Shown piece after piece: positions 53,851 through 64,000 of a stretch of DNA of 64,000 bases. This DNA is from Octopus vulgaris (lineage: Eukaryota), in NCBI GenBank assembly GCA_951406725.2, contig OX597818.1, positions 65,906,001 through 65,970,000 on the forward strand, given 5' to 3'. Both the position numbers and the translations under genes were made by a program. Every line of letters begins with the position of its first letter. Positions within the stretch are counted from its first letter, which is position 1. Under the pieces are notes generated by a model that made no database searches, was not told the origin of the DNA, and worked only from the letters and a program-made list of their open reading frames with translations.

Positions 53851-55269
53851 TTATATATATTTTTTTAAACAAGAATATTTTTGCCTTTGACTTCGAATCT
53901 TCGGTCCATCAATCCATCGTCGGTCCATCCGACAATGCCTTAACTGGCTGCAACTTCGAAGTCACTGTCAATTATATTCATGATTAATAATAATAACATT
54001 GTATTCTGCAACCCATGACATAAATGTAAAATTATTTTTATCATAACAAATACAAAAGCAAACATAAAAAACAAACACACACATATTTATTCATGTCTAT
54101 ATCATTTGCATGATTAATAATTAATATTGAGCATATTATAACTTGGCTTTGTTAGAATTAATTATGAATATATTTATTCTACATGATTAAAGAAATACTT
54201 TGTGCACTGATGTTGCGTTGGAGATGTTAGGCGAAGCTGCTCCGTCGGTAAACCCATAATGAAATTGTATATTGTATATTGAGGTAACTGACCACATAAT
54301 TTCTGGTGGCTTAATGCTTTCGAACTCATAACATATCTTCAGGTATAATTGAGTCGGCACTTACGTTCATTGGCGAATATGCCGATAATTCATATTAAAG
54401 AACGGAAATGATATATACAGCTCAAGTGTATGTCACTGATCGATAGAGAGCAGACGCAACACTGCTCAAACGCTTGCTGAAAGGCTCTGAGCGTAGGAGT
54501 GCGCTACTTAGTACGTTTATGTTAATGTGTACAGAATATTCAGAAAGGCAGTAATTATTACGAAAGTGCTATAAGCGCATTTCAATTATTACAAATGAAG
54601 TTAAAATGAAATAGTCATTTATATGACTATTTTATTTTAACTTCATATTTTCGGGTCTCTTTAACAAATTGTATATCTAATGAAGTTAACTTATTTGTAA
54701 TGAGTATTATGTAGAAATTATTTTAAATAGATTCAAAATGACTGCTCTCTGCATTGTGGAAAAAAAAATGTGGATTGACATGATGAAGTAAAATATGCAG
54801 TAAGTTGGATGGAGTTAGAAGTCAGAAACCATGAAATACCTGCAACATAATTCATGTATATTCATGTTACCCAGAAGCGGAACCATTTAGAAAATGTCTT
54901 CTAATTTGAAATAACTTCAAGAAAGAAGCACGAAGAACTGCAGATATATGACATAAAGCAAAGCCAAGGAGATCAGAGCATAGTACAATGTTGAATATGA
55001 CTAACAAATAAAGAAAGTTTTCTAAATACACATACACAAACGCACACACATGCACACATACAAACACATACACATACACAAACACACACACACACATACA
55101 CACACAAACGCACAAACACATACACACACAAACGCACAAACACATACACATATTCCAGCATCATGGTGTCGACCAGAAAATGAGATGTTATTATAATCCC
55201 TTAGGGTGCTCCTCACGGCTGTAAATATTTCGAATGATGCCTCTGCTCAATCAAGGCGTGGGGACCAAC

Positions 55270-56640
55270 ATGTTGTTGTTGTTGTTATTACATGATGAAA
55301 ACACTCAGCTTATTTTCCTGGATACGATGTAAACTGTCAGCTGTCCACAGCCTGAAGTCTAAAGTGATAATTCTTTGCACGTTGTGCTTCAAGAACCCTG
55401 CTAAGAATCCACGCAGTTCAAAGCTACTCTGATTTTTGTAGGTGTTCTACCTTTACATTTGTACCCATCTTTCTGAACTATGTTGCTAGTGGTGTGTTAA
55501 TACCTCCAAGTGCACCAATTACGATTGATACCACTTTGACTCTCCTCATTGAATACAACCTTCGAATTTCTCATTCAAATCGTCGTTGATATCCAGTTTT
55601 ACTTCTTCTTTCTCACTGATCCTATTCTCACCGGGGCATACTATGTCGATTCTCATGATTGTTCTTTCTTTTTTATTCACCACAACAATGTCCCGTCGTG
55701 TAATCGCATTGAATCATTGCATCTTTCGTGCAGGCTACACCACAAAAATATAATGAATATATACCTCTTATATATATATATATATCCCTCTTATATATAC
55801 CTCTTATATATACCTCTTATATATATATCCCTCTTATATATCCCTCTTATATATACCTCTTATATATACCTCTTATATATCCCTCTTATATATACCTCTT
55901 ATATATACCTCTTATATATATATATATATCCCTCTTATATATACCTCTTATATATACCTCTTATATATATATATATCCCTCTTATATATACCTCTTATAT
56001 ATACCTCTTATATATATATATATCCCTCTTATATATACCTCTTATATATACCTCTTATATATATATATATATATATATATCCCTCTTATATATGCCTCTT
56101 ATATATATATCCCTCTTATATATACCTCTTATATATACCTCTTATACATATATATATCCCTCTTATATATACCTCTTATATATACCTCTTATATATATAT
56201 ATATCCCTCATATATACCTCTTATATATACCTCTTATATATATATATATCCCTCTTATATATACCTCTTATATATACCTCTTATATATATATATATATAT
56301 ATCCCTCTTATATATACCTCTTATATATACCTCTTATATATATATATATCCCTCTTATATATACCTCTTATATATACCTCTTATATATGCCTCTTATATA
56401 TATATATATCCCTCTTATATATACCTCTTATATATATATATATCCCTCTTATATATACCTCTTATATATACCTCTTATATATATATATATCCCTCTTATA
56501 TATACCTCTTATATATGCCTCTTATACATATATATCCCACAGGATATTGTAATCTTAATTCTCGGCAACTCCTTCTGGGCAGCGCTTATATGCGTGACAC
56601 AAAAACAAACATTGTAAAGAAACAACGTTTTCTTCATATG
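55270..56640 (-). pseudogene. R4/Dong-type RLE retrotransposon 3' remnant, split by a minisatellite
   Basis: Minus strand RDIVVVNKKERT..IDIVCPGENRISEKEEVK..VKVVSIVIGALG..VEHLQK..TAWILSRVLE (PD-(D/E)xK RLE), with an (AAC/AAT)n tail near 55275. Confidence 0.75.
55758..56540. repeat. ~780-bp minisatellite of ATATATACCTCTT variants
   Basis: Seen directly: 13-mer units interspersed with longer (TA)n-TCCCTCTT units. Confidence 0.95.
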
Positions 56641-56659
56641 CCTATAAGAATATCTATGT

Positions 56660-56958
56660 GGAGGCACATGGCCTAGTGGTTAGAGCAGCGGACTCGCGGT
56701 CGAGGGATCGCGGGTTCGAATCTCAGGCCGGGCGATGTGTGTGTTTATGAGCGAAACACCTAAGCTTCACGCGGCTCCGGCAGAAGGTAATGACGAACTT
56801 CTGCTGACTCTTTCGCCACAAATTTCTCTCACTCTTTCCTCCTGCAACTTGCGGCTCACCTGCGACGGATCGGCGTCCCGTCCAGGTGGGGAACCTATAC
56901 GCCAAGGAAACCGGGAAACTGGCCCTTATGAGCCACGCATGGCTCGAGAAGGAAAAAC
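56660..56958 (+). mobile_element. GC-rich tRNA-derived SINE (fourth family, V-SINE-like 3' part)
   Basis: A box TGGCCTAGTGG, B box GGTTCGAATCT, 3' CCTGCGACGGATCGGCGTCCCGTCCAGG..GAAACCGG. CpGs are retained. Confidence 0.75.
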
Positions 56959-56991
56959 GAGAGAAGAGAATATATATGTAGATGTATATAA

Positions 56992-57250
56992 TTGGGTGCT
57001 TTTGACGGCCACACGATGGATTGGCTCAGAAAAAACCTCACAAGCACCATGAACTCCCTCCACCAGAAGGTCACTATAGAGACCAACATGAAAACGGTAG
57101 AATTCCTTGACGAAACACTGGACATGATTTCGTGTTTCCATAGGCCCTTTCGAAAAGCAAATAAGAAATTGTATTACATTCACACAGTTTCCTGCCATCC
57201 AGACATAGCGCTCAGGAAGTTTGTTGAGGGCATCATCAGGAAAACCTATA
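56992..57250 (+). pseudogene. Penelope-like element RT fragment (motif 6/7 and thumb)
   Basis: KVTIETNMKTVEFLDETLD..RPFRKANKKLYYIHTVSCHP matches the PLE pattern ITIE.N...V.FLDVTLDL..PYRKPN...YI...S.HP. Confidence 0.8.
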
Positions 57251-57311
57251 CATGTTTGCGTATTGATAGATTGATAGACAGACAGATATAGTTATATATA
57301 GGCATATACAT

Positions 57312-57368
<57 letters not shown>

Positions 57369-57446
57369 ATAAAATATTAGGGAATAAATCCAAACTTACA
57401 GGGAAAAATAAAATTTAGTATTGAATCCAATTTCATAGTAAAATAT

Positions 57447-57830
<384 letters not shown>

Positions 57831-58556
57831 CACAGTCATACATTTTCTGCATAATATGTGACAGACAGCATAATACATGCTCATATTCCCACTCACGCAA
57901 ATATACAAATACATTAGTAAACAGTAGAAAGAAAACTGCGTATTAGCCGATGTATTAATACTTAAAACATTCTTTTTAATAAAATGGAGAAGAAAAGTTT
58001 ATTAACAATCATATACAGAATGTAATCGCATAGAATACTATTAGTAAACATGGTTTATGGTGCTCAGCAAAATGCCATTTCTTCAAGAATTCCTTGTTTG
58101 TTTTGTTTTTTTGTATACACTGAAATTACATTACATACCATGTAATAGACTCCGATTTCTCTGAGCAACAGTGAAGAAATTGAAAATAACAAGAATATAT
58201 AGAATATTTCTCCAATAAATCCTGTTCGTCCAAAAACCATCAGCTGTTCTCTGCTAAATTAATCTGAGACAAAGAACCCAGCAAAACAAATAAAGAGAAT
58301 TTATCTATATTTAATCAGATATATCAACAATGAAGCAAAGCGCGTCAGTCTAGCGTAAAACTGGAGATGGATTATCGATACGAAGTATTATTGAATGGCT
58401 TACATTGCAATATAAAGCTATTTAGTGTTAGCAGTGTATATATATTGTCATAATCAACAACATTACGAACAGCCATTTTTCATATGTTCTGGTTTTCATA
58501 ACAGCCGACAGACCACAACTTAATTCAAATATTGCTAATGAAAATAAAACTAAAAT

Positions 58557-58636
<80 letters not shown>

Positions 58637-58731
58637 ACAATAATAATAATAATAATAATATCAATAATAGTAATAATAATGATAATAATAATAATGATAA
58701 TATTAATAATGATAATAATATCAATAATATC

Positions 58732-58780
<49 letters not shown>

Positions 58781-58809
58781 GTAAAAATAATAATAATAAT
58801 AATAGTAAA

Positions 58810-58871
<62 letters not shown>

Positions 58872-58880
58872 TAATAAAAT
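58557..58880. repeat. (ACT)n then (AAT)n microsatellite
   Basis: Seen directly. Confidence 0.95.
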
Positions 58881-58989
58881 ATCATACATGGACGTGACAC
58901 CGGGTAGACGTCTTCTTCGCTGCTCTGAACTGTCAGCAGCTGAACACAGAAACACTAATACAACCCAGCAGGACAACTGAATAAACAAC

Positions 58990-59690
58990 TGTAAAAGACT
59001 GGAATGTCTACAGCTTTCTGTGAATATTTTGAATTTCCCTCAAAATAAGTTAAGGAATTTACATATCTACAGTTTTGCACATACAAAGGAACACCTCAAA
59101 ACATTTAGAAACTTTAATATCTCCAACTTTGGGTGAACCTTTTGTCTTCTCTTTATCCCTGATGAACAAAATATGTAAAGAAGCTTTTTCTTCTAACAAC
59201 ACAATTAAATGGACGAAAACATTTTAAGGAAGTAAGCCCCTGCCGATATATATACATACTGCACAACTACAAAAACTGTAAACCACAGTAAAACTTTTAA
59301 GAAGAAAAGAAAAATAACCAAAAAAAAAATAAATAAATTCAGAAATTCAAAACTCCAACGAGGTGAACATCTCTTCCTCTTACTATTCCCCAAAACTGGA
59401 ATATCTACAATTTCCTGTGAATATTTTAAACCTCTCTCAAAATAAAATAAGTTAGGAAACTTACATACCTACAGCTTTCGAGCACACAAAAGATCAGCTA
59501 AAAAACAAAAACAAAAAACCTTTAATATCTACGACTCCTGTGTGAATACTTATCATTTCCTCTCTCCCTAGGTATTCGAAAATGTAAACACCATCCTCCC
59601 TTTTATTCTAAGAACACTACAATTTCTCTCTGTGCGGTCATACAAAAGAAAACTCAAGAAAACTTAAAAACTTTAATATATTACCCAAAT
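58990..59690. repeat. Diverged ~400-bp tandem duplication
   Basis: ACTGGAAT.TCTACA..TGTGAATATTTT..CTCAAAATAA..TTACATA.CTACAG at ~58998 and ~59395. A partial third copy lies at ~59615-59680. Confidence 0.6.
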
Positions 59691-60439
59691 ACGTAAACGC
59701 ACCTTTTATTGCAACAAAACAATTGAATGCAGACATTCAAAAATTCAACCACGTGGATATCAGTATATACGTATGAGTGTGTATATGTATGTGTATACTT
59801 ATATTATTATTATTATTATTGTTGTTGTCGCTGTTGTTATTATTATTATTATTATTAGTAGTAGTAGTAGTAGTAGTAGTATTGTTGTTGTTGTTGTTGT
59901 TGTTTTCTTTGTTTCTTACAGTAATTACAACCAGAACAGGTTGAATTGCTTCTTTTCAACGCAGCGCTTTCAATGGTCAGTGGCCACTGGTAGTAATAAA
60001 CACATTTGACCTCTGCTGATCCAAACGGTTCGAAAATTCTTTTGTTTCTATGGTTAACCTCCCCATCATCTGCCAAATCTATTCATAGACCAGTATAATT
60101 TGATCTATTTACCATACTGCAACCTGACAAGTCCCTCAAACAATGATAGTGGTGGTGATAGTGATAAAAATTAAAAAAATAATATACTGCAGCTGCTGTC
60201 ACTAAATACTACTAATACTACAATAATACTACAACTACTACTATTATGACAGCACAGACATCTGGGGCACAACTACAAAACTTACCACTACCCCACACCT
60301 GCTACTGTTGATGTCGCTGTTGCTGCAACCAATGCTGCTACTACATATAAAACAATAATATCAATGATATCAGTGACGATAAGGATAATGACAGTGAAAG
60401 GAAACGGGTGGGGTTTCATGGGCTGATTAATAATGATAC

Positions 60440-62900
60440 ACCTAGTATCATATGAGTGACAATGAAAATACAAGATATTGTGTATAACGGTGATAATTAC
60501 ACTGAAGCTATTGATGGTGACACTGTTACACCCGGTAGGCTCAGAGATTCTGGTCTGGTTCCAGCCTATCGATATCCTGAAAGGGACCACCACACACGGC
60601 GTAGATGGAGTAAGCAAATTAATGCTGTGGTCATGGATTGTTACTACCTGAGCAAAGCGGAGGAAGAAAATGATGCTCAAATTAGGGGAAACCGACGTCG
60701 TATGTATGTTCATTGGAGAGAAAAGGGGTCGTTTCAATTCACGGAACAAAGACAATGAGATCAAGCTCGAGAAATAAGAAAAAATGTTGGTTCACAGTAG
60801 TAGAGCTCGAAGCTATCACAAGACGGGTCATGGAAAATAGAAGCAGAGATAACAATGAAAATACACTTCTTACTAATAAGAGTAATCTCATAGCACAGGA
60901 AAGGATCAGTGGTAGTTTACTTGATGAGAGACATGTCGATGATCTAAAAGAAGACAATAAAACTAATGGTGATATGACAGATGAACAAAAGGCAATCTAC
61001 GAAAGAATAATGGTAAGACTACAGGGGAAAGATAGCGACCTTAAAAAGGTTGATCGATGGAAATTGAACAAAGAAACGAAAAATATTAATGAAATTCTGA
61101 AATACATTAGAACAAACAACATCACAGAAACAAATAATTTGATCAAGGTAGCAAGTAGCAGAAACCATGGGTGTCGATGTGAAGAAAAAGAAACATAATG
61201 GGAGTGACAGAATAAAAGATTCATGGTGGAAAAGAAGAATACAAGCAGGGTTAGATATGCTCTCGAAGGAAATCTCTGTGTTAGACCAAAAAGAGAAAGG
61301 GGAGCTTAAAAGCGAACAAACATACAGGGCGCTGAAAAGAAATTGTAATATTGAAAGAAAAGGTCTGAACGTAGTACTGGAGGAGCTGAAACAGTGCCCC
61401 GTTGCAAAGAAAGCAAATATGGTAAGATACGACCAAAGAATGAAGGGTTACCACCAGAATAGGTTATTCAGAGTAGATCAGAAGAGATTCTATAAAGAAA
61501 GAAATGGAGAGGGTACAGATGAAAAGTTGATACCAAATAACATTGAAAGTCAAAGGTTTTGCAGTGACATCTGCAGCAAAGACAAGGAGCATAAGAAGGA
61601 TGGTGAATGGTTGAAAGAACTGAAACAAAGAGTTGTCTGTCAAAAACAGGCAGAACTAATTATTTCAGTTAGGGAAGTGAAGGAAATCAGCAAACAAATG
61701 AGCAACTGGAAGGCCCGGGGACCAGATGCAGTTCAAGGCTACTGGATCAAAAGCTTTGGTGAATGTCATGCAGGAATAGCTGCGCAACTCAACACCTTGT
61801 TAAATGCCGACCAAGGTACACCAGTGTGGTTGACATTGGGTAGGATAGTGCTCTACCTGAAAAATATCGAAAAAGGCAATACGGTACACAATTACAGGCC
61901 GACATCCTGTTTGCCACTTATGTGGAAGTTATTGACGGGAATACTCTCAGATTCAATGTGCGAACAAATGCAAAAATGGAGTCCTGCCACATGAGCAGAA
62001 GGATTGCAAGCTTAAGTGGAGAGGTACCAAGGATCAACTCCTGATAGACAAAACTGTACTTAGAGACTGCAGGAGGTGGAAAAGTAACTTAGCCATGTCA
62101 AGGATCGATTATTGTAAGGTGTATGATATGATCCCACCTTCTTGGATTATGGAGCGTATGAACCTGTTTGGTATTGCATCGAATATTGGGCGATTGTTTG
62201 GAAAAAGTATGGCGACGTGGAGGACAGACCTTACAGCATATGGAAGAAGTTTAGTGACTGTAGAAATTACGGTGGGCATATTCCAAGCGGACTGCCTGTC
62301 CCCACCAATCTTTGTACTGTGCTTGATGCCACTAACACTGATTCTGAGGAAAGCAAAAGCTGGGTATGTGTTTAAAAGCCGCCAACAAAAAATCAACTAT
62401 TATTTATTTATGGATGACCTCAAACTTTATGGTAAGGACGAAGCCCAAGTCAGTTCCCTCGTTGATACAGTGTATACCTTCAGTACTGATATTGGAGTGG
62501 ATTTCGGTCTGAGAAAGTGTAGTGTGTCAGTCTTTAAGAGAGGCAAAATGAAATGTATGGACGGGCTAACGTTAACGTGGGGGAGGTAATGAAGCAGATA
62601 GCAGAGACGGGAAGTTAAGCAGTTGTGGACGATAAAAAAGTTAGCAGTCATGCCAATAATTGACGGGAACCCGGAAACAGTGATTAAAAATCTCGAGAAA
62701 TACGTGGAATAAATAGGGGTGCAATGAGTGTGGAGCACTTGCAGAATACAACACTGTTTGAACCGCTCGAATACTCCGGTGGGTGCTCGGAAATTAAGAG
62801 GTGTTACCCCCGTTCATTGGTAGTTAACAGCTGACACAAGTGCATCTCCAGCGATAGAAGGACTGCAAAGGCAAGGAAGATAACATTAATAATAATAATG
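60440..62900 (+). mobile_element. R4/Dong-clade non-LTR retrotransposon, decayed and internally deleted
   Basis: N-terminal RRRWSKQINAVVMDCYYLS..FTEQR.DQAR. RT motifs [59 protein letters not shown]. Jumps to RLE C-terminus (EVKQLW..TARILRWVL) and ends in an (AAT)n tail. Frameshifts and stops. Confidence 0.88.
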
Positions 62901-63083
62901 ACATCGAAAAAGACCTTAGGAATGAGAAGCCGGGTTCGAAATTTCCCCCAAGACACTTGATGAAGGCTGGAGAGTATATCAGCTGAAACGTTATGTTAAC
63001 AACAAGGAAGATGAGGACAAATATCCGTCATATGTAAATAATGTGAAAAATGTACATAATTCATCTTTTAAATATAGAACTGT
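62901..63083 (+). mobile_element. Solo HHR-bearing unit (family A)
   Basis: CATCGAAAA..CCTTAGGAATGAGAA..to..AAATATAGAACTGT. HHR at 62952-62997: GACAC-TTGATGA-A-GGCTG..CAGCT-GAAA-C-GTT-ATGTT (C3 changed to U). Confidence 0.8.
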
Positions 63084-63089
63084 AATACT

Positions 63090-63510
63090 AAGCAGAAGAC
63101 CAAGGAATTCACTTGGCTCTGATCCTTGTCACACATTCTCAAATCATCCATTAAGGTTGATTGTTTGATATTTGCATTTTAGTGGGTATCTTAGGTTCAT
63201 TTTCCTAAGAACCAATGTCTGGGGTATCATACAGAGAAATAAGGCAACGGGGACGAGGTATCGCCGTGGAAAATCCCTCTTCTGATACTCATGTTGCCCA
63301 ATTTTCCTTTTCCGTTCATTCCAAGCGCTACTAAATTCATTGCTATAGTAACTGCCTTAAGATGACACATCTTTTCGATTTCGAAAGGGAAATACTTATA
63401 TTTTCTTAATTTAGCAAATTCTTTATACGAGATATTATGGTCACATAGTAAATTCATGTCAATCAATAAACAAACTTTATTGCATTGTAAAATTATTATT
63501 GCGAGTAAAA
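63090..63510 (-). pseudogene. R4-type RLE fragment fused in frame to an RT motif 4-5 fragment
   Basis: CLLIDM..DHNISYKEFAKLRKYK..EIEKMCHLKAVTI..VALGM..KG is followed directly by LGNMSIRRGIFHGDTSSPL. Confidence 0.7.
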
Positions 63511-64000
63511 TTACTAATAGAGAAACGAAAATAAGCTTTGAAAACTGCAGCGCCACCAAGGGTTACTTGGAAACGATGAACGTGTTTTGAAGGGAGATAA
63601 TCAAAGAACGTAACATTGTAATACTGCATGTAAAGTAAATATAACAAATGATACATTCTTCAAGAAACAATAAAAATTCACGGATCACTACAAAAGCTTC
63701 ATCATCTGTTCCGTGTGTCATTACCTACTTTTTCTGCAAGTTACATCAAATACCGTTCAAAACATTTTGAGTTCTTTTACACACAGTCGGACAAACAAAC
63801 GCTGATGAAAGCATAACTTCCTTCCTTGGCGGAGGTAATAACAATAACGACAACAACAGCGAGATCAACGACAATGACGACGACGATCAAGACGATGGTG
63901 AGAATGATGATGTTTATCATGAGAACGGAGACACTCGTGGTGGCTCTGATTGTGTTGGAGGCGATTGACGAGGACGATAGCATTAATTTCTGAAATAAAA

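Noticed and set aside
54312-54346. Minus-strand CTGAAGA..CGAAA as an HHR
   Set aside because: No pairing for stem II or stem I.
55549-56676. 375-aa ORF, the longest in the track
   Set aside because: Stop-free reading of the ATATATACCTCTT minisatellite.
56660-56735. Functional tRNA gene
   Set aside because: Acceptor and anticodon stems do not pair and the sequence continues into a SINE body.
58428-58988. Poly-L/V/I/N ORFs (also at 17131, 34934, 35439)
   Set aside because: Trinucleotide microsatellites.

Overview
AT-rich, microsatellite-dense eukaryotic DNA made up almost entirely of repeats. The SINE families resemble those I recall from octopus genomes (inference, not searched). No intact protein-coding gene is visible; most ORF-track entries are translations of microsatellites. 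Contents: three or four tRNA-derived SINE families (many copies, one forming head-to-tail multimers); decayed non-LTR retrotransposons (R4/Dong-type RLE, RTE, CR1); decayed Tc1/mariner transposons; two non-autonomous Helitrons; a 5S rRNA pseudogene; and Penelope-like element (PLE) RT and GIY-YIG fragments. The most notable signal is a set of minimal type I hammerhead ribozyme (HHR) motifs from at least four unrelated repeat families. One ~180-bp HHR-bearing unit occurs twice as long inverted pairs around (AAT)n and once as a solo copy on an R4 tail. Another family has a compensatory G3:C8 core. A chain of possible + strand micro-exons is reported at low confidence. All calls are by eye, and boundaries of degenerate elements are approximate.
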